From: Auanema rhodensis
Taxonomy: Eukaryota; Animalia; Nematoda
NCBI GenBank assembly: GCA_964057225.1
Contig: OZ059900.1
Location: 24,800,001 to 24,864,000 of the forward strand
Reading direction: 5' to 3'
DNA length: 64,000 bases
The translations under genes were made by a program, and so were the position numbers. The notes beneath the pieces are model-generated. The model was not told the DNA's origin. It was given only the letters and a program-made list of their open reading frames with translations, and made no database searches. Positions 41,801-55,300 of the stretch are shown here, piece after piece (positions within the stretch are counted from its first letter, which is position 1; each line of letters starts with the position of its first letter).

Positions 41801-44800
41801 GGGCGTGCCCTCAGAATATGCTAATTTCCTAAATTTTCTAACCCCTGTTTTTTTGTCGTGAAAGTGGAACTAGACGTTGTACAAACAATTTTGAGCTAGG
41901 TTTCATTGACATTGCATGAGTTTGAACACATGAAATCGTAAGTCAAAACCTTGTTTACAGCGAAATTTCCAAAAACTGGTTTTCCAGCATAATAAAATAT
42001 TTCTCATGAGAAATACTGTGTTTTTGTATTTTTCTAGTGTTCAGCATGTAAAATGCTTCATTTTAGTATGTAACACGCTGAAATTCGTTGCATTTGACGA
42101 CTCATATGAACAAAAATCGATTTAATCAATATTAGCCATAAGGGGCGTGCCCTTAGAATATGCTAATTTCCTTAATTTTTTAACCACTGTTTTTTTGTCG
42201 TAAAAGTGGAACTAGACGTTGTACGAACAATTTTGAGCTAGGTTTCATTGACATTGCATGAGTTTGAACACATGAAATCGTAAGTCAATACCTTGTTTAC
42301 AGCGAAATTTCCAAAAACTGGTTTTCCAGCATAATAAAATATTTCTCATGGGAAATACTGTGTTTTTGTATTTTTCTAGTGTTCAGCATGTAAAATGCTT
42401 CATTTTAGTATGTAACACGCTGAAATTCGTTGCATTTGACGACTCATATGAACAAAAATCGATTTAATCAATATTAGCCATAAGGGGCGTGCCCTCAGAA
42501 TATGCTAATTTCCTTAATTTTCTAACCCCTGTTTTTTGTCGTGAAAGTGGAACTAGACGTTGTACGAACAATTTTGAGCTAGGTTTCATTGACATTGCAT
42601 GAGTTTGAACACATGAAATCGTAAGTCAAAACCTTGTTTACAGCGAAATTTCCAAAAACTGGTTTTCCAGCATAATAAAATATTTCTCATGGGAAATACT
42701 GTGTTTTTGTATTTTTCTAGTGTTCAGCATGTAAAATGCTTCATTTTAGTATGTAACACGCTGAAATTCGTTGCATTTGACGACTCATATGAACAAAAAT
42801 CGATTTAATCAATATTAGCCATAAGGGGCGTGCCCTCAGAATATGCTAATTTCCTTAATTTTCTAACCCCTGTTTTTTGTCGTGAAAGTGGAACTAGACG
42901 TTGTACAAACAATTTTGAGCTAGGTTTTATTGACATTGCATGAGTTTGAACACATGAAATCGTAAGTCAAAACCTTGTTTAGAGCGAAATTTCCAAAAAC
43001 TGGTTTTCCAGCATAATAAAATATTTCTCATGGGAAATACTGTGTTTTTGTATTTTTCTAGTGTTCAGCATGTAAAATGATTCATTTTAGTATGTAACAC
43101 GCTGAAATTCGTTGCATTTGACGACTCATATGAACAAAAATCGATTTAATCAATATTAGCCATAAGGGGCGTGCCCTCAGAATATGCTAATTTCCTTAAT
43201 TTTCTAACCCCTGTTTTTTTGTCGTGAAAGTGGAACTAGACGTTGTACGAACAATTTTGAGCTAGGTTTCATTGACATTGCATGAGTTTGAACACATGAA
43301 ATCGTAAGTCAAAACCTTGTTTACAGCGAAATTTCCAAAAACTGGTTTTCCAGCATAATAAAATATTTCTCATGGGAAATACTGTGTTTTTGTATTTTTC
43401 TAGTGTTCAGCATGTAAAATGGTTCATTTTAGTGTATGTAACACGCTGAAATTCGTTGCATTTGACGACTCATATGAACAAAAATCGATTTAATCAATAT
43501 TAGCCATAAGGGGCGTGCCCTCAGAATATGCTAATTTCCTAAATTTTCTAACCCCTGTTTTTTTGTCGTGAAAGTGGAACTAGACGTTGTACGAACAATT
43601 TTGAGCTAGGTTTCATTGACATTGCATGAGTTTGAACACATGAAATCGTATATCAAACCTTGTTTACAGCGAAATTTCCAAAAACTGGTTTTCCAGCATA
43701 ATAAAATATTTCTCATGGGAAATACTGTGTTTTTGTATTTTTCTAGTGTTCAGCATGTAAAATGCTTCATTTTAGTATGTAACACGCTGAAATTCGTTGC
43801 ATTTGACTACTCATATGAACAAAAATCGATTTAATCAATATTAGCCATAAGGGGCGTGCCCTCAGAATATGCTAATTTCCTTAATTTTCTAACCCCTGTT
43901 TTTTTGTCGTGAAAGTGGAACTAGACGTTGTACAAACAATTTTGAGCTAGGTTTCATTGACATTGCATGAGTTTGAACACATGAAATCGTAAGTCAAAAC
44001 CTTGTTTACAGCGAAATTTCCAAAAACTGGTTTTCCAGCATAATAAAATATTTCTCATGAGAAATACTGTGTTTTTGTATTTTTCTAGTGTTCAGCATGT
44101 AAAATACTTCATTTAAGTATGTAACACGCTGAAATTCGTTGCATTTGACGACTCATATGAACAAAAATCGATTTAATCAATATTAGCCATAAGGGGCGTG
44201 CCCTCAGAATATGCTAATTCCCTTAATTTTCTAACCCCTGTTTTTTTGTCGTGGAAGTGGAACTAGACGTTGTACGAACAATTTTGAGCTAGGTTTCATT
44301 GACATTGCATGAGTTTGAACACATGAAATCGTAAGTCAAAACCTTATTTACAGCGAAATTTCCAAAAACTGGTTTTCCAGCATAATAAAATATTTCTCAT
44401 GGGAAATACTTTGTTTTTGTATTTTTCTAGTGTTCAGCATGTAAAATGCTTCATTTTAGTATGTAACACGCTGAAATTCGTTGCATTTGACGACTCATAT
44501 GAACAAAAATCGATTTAATCAATATTAGCCATAAGGGGCGTGCCCTCAGAATATGCTAATTTCCTTAATTTTCTAACCCCTGTTTTTTGTCGTGAAAGTG
44601 GAACTAGACGTTGTACAAACAATTTTGAGCTAGGTTTTATTGACATTGCATGAGTTTGAACACATGAAATCGTAAGTCAAAACCTTATTTACAGCGAAAT
44701 TTCCAAAAACTGGTTTTCCAGCATAATAAAATATTTCTCATGGGAAATACTTTGTTTTTGTATTTTTCTAGTGTTCAGCATGTAAAATGCTTCATTTTAG

Positions 44801-47800
44801 TATGTAACACGCTGAAATTCGTTGCATTTGACGACTCATATGAACAAAAATCGATTTAATCAATATTAGCCATAAGGGGCGTGCCCTCAGAATATGCTAA
44901 TTTCCTTAATTTTCTAACCCCTGTTTTTTGTCGTGAAAGTGGAACTAGACGTTGTACAAACAATTTTGAGCTAGGTTTTATTGACATTGCATGAGTTTGA
45001 ACACATGAAATCGTAAGTCAAAACCTTGTTTACAGCGAAATTTCCAAAAACTGGTTTTCCAGCATAATAAAATATTTCTCATGAGAAATACTGTGTTTTT
45101 GTATTTTTCTAGTGTTCAGCATGTAAAATGATTCATTTTAGTATGTAACACGCTGAAATTCGTGGCATTTGACGACTCATATGAACAAAAATCGATTTAA
45201 TCAATAATAGCCATAAGGAGCGTGCCCTCAGAATATGCTAATTTCCTTAATTTTCTAACCCCTGTTTTTTTGTCGTAAAAGTGGAACTAGACGTTGTACG
45301 AACAATTTTGAGCTAGGTTTCATTGACATTGCATGAGTTTGAACACATGAAATCGTAAGTCAAAACCTTGTTTACAGCGAAATTTCCAAAAACTGGTTTT
45401 CCAGCATAATAAAATATTTCTCATGGGAAATACTGTGTTTTTGTATTTTTCTAGTGTTCAGCATGTAAAATGCTTCATTTTAGTATGTAACACGCTGAAA
45501 TTCGTTGCATTTGACGACTCATATGAACAAAAATCGATTTAATCAATATTAGCCATAAGGGGCGTGCCCTCAGAATATGCTAATTTCCTAAATTTTCTAA
45601 CCCCTGTTTTTTTGTCGTGAAAGTGGAACTAGACGTTGTACGAACAATTTTGAGCTAGGTTTCATTGACATTGCATGAGTTTGAACACATGAAATCGTAT
45701 ATCAAACCTTGTTTACAGCGAAATTTCCAAAAACTGGTTTTCCAGCATAATAAAATATTTCTCATGGGAAATACTGTGTTTTTGTATTTTTCTAGTGTTC
45801 AGCATGTAAAATGCTTCATTTTAGTATGTAACACGCTGAAATTCGTTGCATTTGACTACTCATATGAACAAAAATCGATTTAATCAATATTAGCCATAAG
45901 GGGCGTGCCCTCAGAATATGCTAATTTCCTTAATTTTCTAACCCCTGTTTTTTTGTCGTGAAAGTGGAACTAGACGTTGTACAAACAATTTTGAGCTAGG
46001 TTTCATTGACATTGCATGAGTTTGAACACATGAAATCGTAAGTCAAAACCTTGTTTACAGCGAAATTTCCAAAAACTGGTTTTCCAGCATAATAAAATAT
46101 TTCTCATGAGAAATACTGTGTTTTTGTATTTTTCTAGTGTTCAGCATGTAAAATACTTCATTTAAGTATGTAACACGCTGAAATTCGTTGCATTTGACGA
46201 CTCATATGAACAAAAATCGATTTAATCAATATTAGCCATAAGGGGCGTGCCCTCAGAATATGCTAATTCCCTTAATTTTCTAACCCCTGTTTTTTTGTCG
46301 TGGAAGTGGAACTAGACGTTGTACGAACAATTTTGAGCTAGGTTTCATTGACATTGCATGAGTTTGAACACATGAAATCGTAAGTCAAAACCTTATTTAC
46401 AGCGAAATTTCCAAAAACTGGTTTTCCAGCATAATAAAATATTTCTCATGGGAAATACTTTGTTTTTGTATTTTTCTAGTGTTCAGCATGTAAAATGCTT
46501 CATTTTAGTATGTAACACGCTGAAATTCGTTGCATTTGACGACTCATATGAACAAAAATCGATTTAATCAATATTAGCCATAAGGGGCGTGCCCTCAGAA
46601 TATTCTAATTTCCTTAATTTTCTAACCCCTGTTTTTTGTCGTGAAAGTGGAACTAGACGTTGTACAAACAATTTTGAGCTAGGTTTTATTGACATTGCAT
46701 GAGTTTGAACACATGAAATCGTAAGTCAAAACCTTGTTTACAGCGAAATTTCCAAAAACTGGTTTTCCAGCATAATAAAATATTTCTCATGAGAAGAACT
46801 GTGTTTTTGTATTTTTCTAGTGTTCAGCATGTAAAATGCCTCATTTTAGTATGTAACACGCTGAAATTCGTTGCATTTGACGACTCATATGAACAAAAAT
46901 CGATTTAATCAATATTAGCCATAAGGGGCGTGCCCTCAGAATATGCTAATTTCCTTAATTTTCTAACCCCTGTTTTTTTGTCGTGAAAGTGGAACTAGAC
47001 GTTGTACAAACAATTTTGAGCTAGGTTTCATTGACAATGCATGAGTTTGAACACATGAAATCGTAAGTCAAAACCTTGTTTACAGCGAAATTTCCAAAAA
47101 CTGGTTTTCCAGCATAATAAAATATTTCTCATGAGAAATACTGTGTTTTTGTATTTTTCTAGTGTTCAGCATGTAAAATGATTCATTTTAGTATGTAACA
47201 CGCTGAAATTCGTGGCATTTGACGACTCATATGAACAAAAATCGATTTAATCAATAATAGCCATAAGGAGCGTGCCCTCAGAATATGCTAATTTCCTTAA
47301 TTTTCTAACCCCTGTTTTTTTGTCGTGAAAGTGGAACTAGACGTTGTACAAACAATTTTGAGCTAGGTTTCATTGACATTGCATGAGTTTGAACACATGA
47401 AATCGTAAGTCAAAACCTTGTTTACAGCGAAATTTCCAAAAACTGGTTTTCCAGCATAATAAAATATTTCTCATGGGAAAAACTGTGTTTTTGTATTTTT
47501 CTAGTGTTCAGCATGTAAAATGCTTCATTTTAGTATGTAACACGCTGAAATTCGTTGCATTTGACTACTCATATGAACAAAAATCGATTTAATCAATATT
47601 AGCCATAAGGGGCGTGCCCTCAGAATATGCTAATTTCCTTAATTTTCTAACCCCTGTTTTTTTGTCGTGAAAGTGGAACTAGACGTTGTACAAACAATTT
47701 TGAGCTAGGTTTCATTGACATTGCATGAGTTTGAACACATGAAATCGTAAGTCAAAACCTTGTTTACAGCGAAATTTCCAAAAACTGGTTTTCCAGCATA

Positions 47801-49329
47801 ATAAAATATTTCTCATGGGAAATACTGTGTTTTTGTATTTTTCTAGTGTTCAGCATGTAAAATACTTCATTTAAGTATGTAACACGCTGAAATTCGTTGC
47901 ATTTGACGACTCATATGAACAAAAATCGATTTAATCAATATTAGCCATAAGGAGCGTGCCCTCAGAATATGCTAATTTCCTTAATTTTCTAACCCCTGTT
48001 TTTTTGTCGTGAAAGTGGAACTAGACGTTGTACAAACAATTTTGAGCTAGGTTTCATTGACATTGCATGAGTTTGAACACATGAAATCGTAAGTCAAAAC
48101 CTTGTTTACAGCGAAATTTCCAAAAACTGGTTTTCCAGCATAATAAAATATTTCTCATGAGAAATACTGTGTTTTTGTATTTTTCTAGTGTTCAGCATGT
48201 AAAATACTTCATTTTAGTATGTAACACGCTGAAATTCGTTGCATTTGACGACTCATATGAACAAAAATCGATTTAATCAATATTAGCCATAAGGGGCGTG
48301 CCCTCAGAATATGCTAATTTCCTAAATTTTCTAACCCCTGTTTTTTTGTCGTGAAAGTGGAACTAGACGTTGTACGAACAATTTTGAGCTAGGTTTCATT
48401 GACATTGCAAGAGTTTGAACACATGAAATCGTAAGTCAAAACCTTGTTTACAGCGAAATTTCCAAAAACTGGTTTTCCAGCATAATAAAATATTTCTCAT
48501 GGGAAAAACTGTGTTTTTGTATTTTTTTAGTGTTCAGCATGTAAAATGCTTCATTTTAGTATGTAACACGCTGAAATTCGTTGCATTTGACGACTCATAT
48601 GAACAAAAATCGATTTAATCAATATTAGCCATAAGGGGCGTGCCCTCAGAATATGCTAATTTCCTTAATATTCTAACCCCTGTTTTTTTGTCGTGAAAGT
48701 GGAACTAGACGTTGTACAAACAATTTTGAGCTAGGTTTCATTGACATTGCATGAGTTTGAACATATGAAATCGTAAGTCAAAACCTTGTTTACAGCGAAA
48801 TTTCCAAAAACTGGTTTTCCAGCATAATAAAATATTTCTCATGGGAAATACTGTGTTTTTGTATTTTTTTAGTGTTCAGCATGTAAAATGCTTCATTTTA
48901 GTATGTAACACGCTGAAATTCGTTGCATTTGACGACTCATATGAACAAAAATCGATTTAATCAATATTAGCCATAAGGGGCGTGCCCTCAGAATATGCTA
49001 ATTTCCTTAATTTTCTAACCCCTGTTTTTTGTCGTGAAAGTGGAACTAGACGTTGTAGGAACAATTTTGAGCTAGGTTTCATTGACATTGCATGAGTTTG
49101 AACACATGAAATCGTAAGTCAAAACCTTGTTTACAGCGAAATTTCCAAAAACTGGTTTTCCAGCATAATAAAATATTTCTCTTGGGAAATACTGTGTTTT
49201 TGTATTTTTCTAGTGTTCAGCATGTAAAATACTTCATTTAAGTATGTAACACGCTGAAATTCGTTGCATTTGACGACTCATATGAACAAAAATCGATTTA
49301 ATCAATATTAGCCATAAGGGGCGTGCCCT

Positions 49330-52300
49330 CAGAATATGCTAATTCCCTTAATTTTCTAACCCCTGTTTTTTTGTCGTGGAAGTGGAACTAGACGTTGTAC
49401 GAACAATTTTGAGCTAGGTTTCATTGACATTGCATGAGTTTGAACACATGAAATCGTAAGTCAAAACCTTATTTACAGCGAAATTTCCAAAAACTGGTTT
49501 TCCAGCATAATAAAATATTTCTCATGGGAAATACTTTGTTTTTGTATTTTTCTAGTGTTCAGCATGTAAAATGCTTCATTTTAGTATGTAACACGCTGAA
49601 ATTCGTTGCATTTGACGACTCATATGAACAAAAATCGATTTAATCAATATTAGCCATAAGGGGCGTGCCCTCAGAATATGCTAATTTCCTTAATTTTTTA
49701 ACCACTGTTTTTTTGTCGTGAAAGTGGAACTAGACGTTGTACGAACAATTTTGAGCTAGGTTTCATTGACATTGCATGAGTTTGAACACATGAAATCGTA
49801 AGTCAAAACCTTGTTTACAGCGAAATTTCCAAAAACTGGTTTTCCAGCATAAAAAAATATTTCTCATGGGAAATACTGTGTTTTTGTATTTTTCTAGTGT
49901 TCAGCATGTAAAATGCTTCATTTTAGTATGTAACACGCTGAAATTCGTTGCATTTGACGACTCATATGAACAAAAATCGATTTAATCAATATTAGCCATA
50001 AGGGGCGTGCCCTCAGAATATGCTAATTTCCTTAATTTTCTAACCCCTTTTTTTTTGTCGTGAAAGTGGAACTAGACGTTGTACAAACAATTTTGAGCTA
50101 GGTTTTATTGACATTGCATGAGTTTGAACACATGAAATCGTAAGTCAAAACCTTGTTTAGAGCGAAATTTCCAAAAACTGGTTTTCCAGCATAATAAAAT
50201 ATTTCTCATGGGAAATACTGTGTTTTTGTATTTTTCTAGTGTTCAGCATGTAAAATGATTCATTTTAGTATGTAACACGCTGAAATTCGTTGCATTTGAC
50301 GACTCATATGAACAAAAATCGATTTAATCAATATTAGCCATAAGGGGCGTGCCCTCAGAATATGCTAATTTCCTTAATTTTCTAACCCCTGTTTTTTTGT
50401 CGTGAAAGTGGAACTAGACGTTGTACGAACAATTTTGAGCTAGGTTTCATTGACATTGCATGAGTTTGAACACATGAAATCGTAAGTCAAAACCTTGTTT
50501 ACAGCGAAATTTCCAAAAACTGGTTTTCCAGCATAATAAAATATTTCTCATGGGAAATACTGTGTTTTTGTATTTTTCTAGTGTTCAGCATGTAAAATGG
50601 TTCATTTTAGTGTATGTAACACGCTGAAATTCGTTGCATTTGACGACTCATATGAACAAAAATCGATTTAATCAATATTAGCCATAAGGGGCGTGCCCTC
50701 AGAATATGCTAATTTCCTTAATTTTCTAACCCCTGTTTTTTTGTCGTGAAAGTGGAACTAGACGTTGTACGAACAATTTTGAGCTAGGTTTCATTGACAT
50801 TGCATGAGTTTGAACACATGAAATCGTAAGTCAAAACCTTGTTTACAGCGAAATTTCCAAAAACTGGTTTTCCAGCATAATAAAATATTTCTCATGGGAA
50901 ATACTGTGTTTTTGTATTTTTCTAGTGTTCAGCATGTAAAATACTTCATTTAAGTATGTAACACGCTGAAATTCGTTGCATTTGACGACTCATATGAACA
51001 AAAATCGATTTAATCAATATTAGCCATAAGGGGCGTGCCCTCAGAATATGCTAATTTCCTAAATTTTCTAACCCCTGTTTTTTTGTCGTGAAAGTGGAAC
51101 TAGACGTTGTACGAACAATTTTGAGCTAGGTTTCATTGACATTGCATGAGTTTGAACACATGAAATCGTATATCAAACCTTGTTTACAGCGAAATTTCCA
51201 AAAACTGGTTTTCCAGCATAATAAAATATTTCTCATGGGAAATACTGTGTTTTTGTATTTTTCTAGTGTTCAGCATGTAAAATGCTTCATTTTAGTATGT
51301 AACACGCTGAAATTCGTTGCATTTGACTACTCATATGAACAAAAATCGATTTAATCAATATTAGCCATAAGGGGCGTGCCCTCAGAATATGCTAATTTCC
51401 TTAATTTTCTAACCCCTGTTTTTTTGTCGTGAAAGTGGAACTAGACGTTGTACAAACAATTTTGAGCTAGGTTTCATTGACATTGCATGAGTTTGAACAC
51501 ATGAAATCGTAAGTCAAAACCTTGTTTACAGCGAAATTTCCAAAAACTGGTTTTCCAGCATAATAAAATATTTCTCATGAGAAAAACTGTGTTTTTGTAT
51601 TTTTCTAGTGTTCAGCATGTAAAATGCTTCATTTTAGTATGTAACACGCTGAAATTCGTTGCATTTGACGACTCATATGAACAAAAATCGATTTAATCAA
51701 TATTAGCCATAAGGGGCGTGCCCTCAGAATATGCTAATTTCCTTAATTTTCTAACCCCTGTTTTTTTTGTCGTGAAAGTGGAACTAGACGTTGTACAAAC
51801 AATTTTGAGCTAGGTTTCATTGACATTGCATGAGTTTGAACACATGAAATCGTAAGTCAAAACCTTGTTTACAGCGAAATTTCCAAAAACTGGTTTTCCA
51901 GCATAATAAAATATTTCTCATGAGAAATACTGTGTTTTTGTATTTTTCTAGTGTTCAGCATGTAAAATGCCTCATTTTAGTATGTAACACGCTGAAATTC
52001 GTTGCATTTGACTACTCATATGAACAAAAATCGATTTAATCAATATTAGCCATAAGGGGCGTGCCCTCAGAATATGCTAATTTCCTTAATTTTCTAACCC
52101 CTGTTTTTTTGTCGTGAAAGTGGAACTAGACGTTGTACAAACAATTTTGAGCTAGGTTTCATTGACATTGCATGAGTTTGAACACATGAAATCGTAAGTC
52201 AAAACCTTGTTTACAGCGAAATTTCCAAAAACTGGTTTTCCAGCATAATAAAATATTTCTCATGAGAAAAACTGTGTTTTTGTATTTTTCTAGTGTTCAG

Positions 52301-55300
52301 CATGTAAAATGCTTCATTTTAGTATGTAACACGCTGAAATTCGTTGCATTTGACGACTCATATGAACAAAAATCGATTTAATCAATATTAGCCATAAAGG
52401 GCGTGCCCTCAGAATATGCTAATTTCCTTAATTTTCTAACCCTTGTTTTTTTGTCGTGAAAGTGGAACTAGACGTTGTACGAACAATTTTGAGCTAGGTT
52501 TCATTGACATTGCATGAGTTTGAACACATGAAATCGTAAGTCAAAACCTTGTTTACAGCGAAATTTCCAAAAACTGGTTTTCCAGCATAATAAAATATTT
52601 CTCATGGGAAATACTGTGTTTTTGTATTTTTCTAGTGTTCAGCATGTAAAATGCTTCATTTTAGTATGTAACATGCTGAAATTCGTTGCATTTGACGACT
52701 CATATGAACAAAAATCGATTTAATCAATATTAGCCATAAGGGGCGTGCCCTCAGAATATGCTAATTTCCTTAATTTTCTAACCCCTGTTTTTTTGTCGTG
52801 AAAGTGGAACTAGACGTTGTACGAACAATTTTGAGCTAGGTTTCATTGACATTGCATGAGTTTGAACACATGAAATCGTAAGTCAAAACCTTGTTTACAG
52901 CGAAATTTCCAAAAACTGGTTTTCCAGCATAATAAAATATTTCTCATGGGAAATACTGTGTTTTTGTATTTTTCTAGTGTTCAGCATGTAAAATGCTTCA
53001 TTTTAGTATGTAACACGCTGAAATTCGTTGCATTTGACGACTCATATGAACAAAAATCGATTTAATCAATATTAGCCATAAGGGGCGTGCCCTCAGAATA
53101 TGCTAATTTCCTTAATTTTCTAACCCCTGTTTTTTTGTCGTGAAAGTGGAACTAGACGTTGTACGAACAATTTTGAGCTAGGTTTCATTGACATTGCATG
53201 AGTTTGAACACATGAAATCGTAAGTCAAAACCTTGTTTACAGCGAAATTTCCAAAAACTGGTTTTCCAGCATAATAAAATATTTCTCATGGGAAATACTG
53301 TGTTTTTGTATTTTTCTAGTGTTCAGCATGTAAAATACTTCATTTAAGTATGTAACACGCTGAAATTCGTTGCATTTGACGACTCATATGAACAAAAATC
53401 GATTTAATCAATATTAGCCATAAGGGGCGTGCCCTCAGAATATGCTAATTTCCTAAATTTTCTAACCCCTGTTTTTTTGTCGTGAAAGTGGAACTAGACG
53501 TTGTACGAACAATTTTGAGCTAGGTTTCATTGACATTGCATGAGTTTGAACACATGAAATCGTATATCAAACCTTGTTTACAGCGAAATTTCCAAAAACT
53601 GGTTTTCCAGCATAATAAAATATTTCTCATGGGAAATACTGTGTTTTTGTATTTTTCTAGTGTTCAGCATGTAAAATGCTTCATTTTAGTATGTAACACG
53701 CTGAAATTCGTTGCATTTGACTACTCATATGAACAAAAATCGATTTAATCAATATTAGCCATAAGGGGCGTGCCCTCAGAATATGCTAATTTCCTTAATT
53801 TTCTAACCCCTGTTTTTTTTGTCGTGAAAGTGGAACTAGACGTTGTACAAACAATTTTGAGCTAGGTTTCATTGACATTGCATGAGTTTGAACACATGAA
53901 ATCGTAAGTCAAAACCTTGTTTACAGCGAAATTTCCAAAAACTGGTTTTCCAGCATAATAAAATATTTCTCATGAGAAATACTGTGTTTTTGTATTTTTC
54001 TAGTGTTCAGCATGTAAAATGCCTCATTTTAGTATGTAACACGCTGAAATTCGTTGCATTTGACGACTCATATGAACAAAAATCGATTTAATCAATATTA
54101 GCCATAAGGGGCGTGCCCTCAGAATATGCTAATTTCCTTAATTTTCTAACACTCTGTTTTTTTGTCGTGAAAGAGGAACTAGACGTTGTACAAACAATTT
54201 TGAGCTAGGTTTCATTGACATTGCATGAGTTTGAACACATGAAATCGTAAGTCAAAACCTTGTTTACAGCGAAATTTCCAAAAACTGGTTTTCCAGCATA
54301 ATAAAATATTTCTCATGAGAAATACTGTGTTTTTGTATTTTTCTAGTGTTCAGCATGTAAAATGCTTCATTTTAGTATGTAACACGCTGAAATTCGTGGC
54401 ATTTGACGACTCATATGAACAAAAATCGATTTAATCAATATTAGCCATAAGGAGCGTGCCCTCAGAATATGCTAATTTCCTTAATTTTCTAACCCCTGTT
54501 TTTTTGTCGTGAAAGTGGAACTAGACGTTGTACAAACAATTTTGAGCTAGGTTTCATTGACATTGCATGAGTTTGAACACATGAAATCGTAAGTCAAAAC
54601 CTTGTTTACAGCGAAATTTCCAAAAACTGGTTTTCCAGCATAATAAAATATTTCTCATGGGAAAAACTGTGTTTTTGTATTTTTCTAGTGTTCAGCATGT
54701 AAAATGCTTCATTTTAGTATGTAACACGCTGAAATTCGTTGCATTTGACTACTCATATGAACAAAAATCGATTTAATCAATATTAGCCATAAGGGGCGTG
54801 CCCTCAGAATATGCTAATTTCCTTAATTTTCTAACACCCTGTTTTTTTGTCGTGAAAGAGGAACTAGACGTTGTACAAACAATTTTGAGCTAGGTTTCAT
54901 TGACATTGCATGAGTTTGAACACATGAAATCGTAAGTCAAAACCTTGTTTACAGCGAAATTTCCAAAAACTGGTTTTCCAGCATAATAAAATATTTCTCA
55001 TGAGAAATACTGTGTTTTTGTATTTTTCTAGTGTTCAGCATGTAAAATGCTTCATTTTAGTATGTAACACGCTGAAATTCGTGGCATTTGACGACTCATA
55101 TGAACAAAAATCGATTTAATCAATATTAGCCATAAGGGGCGTGCCCTCAGAATATGCTAATTCCCTTAATTTTCTAACCCCTGTTTTTTTGTCGTGGAAG
55201 TGGAACTAGACGTTGTACGAACAATTTTGAGCTAGGTTTCATTGACATTGCATGAGTTTGAACACATGAAATCGTAAGTCAAAACCTTATTTACAGCGAA

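Noticed and set aside
51749-51760. T6/T7/T8 length variation as a meaningful signal
   Set aside because: This is ordinary homopolymer slippage or possible sequencing error. It is useful only as a linked marker where it recurs in duplicated blocks.
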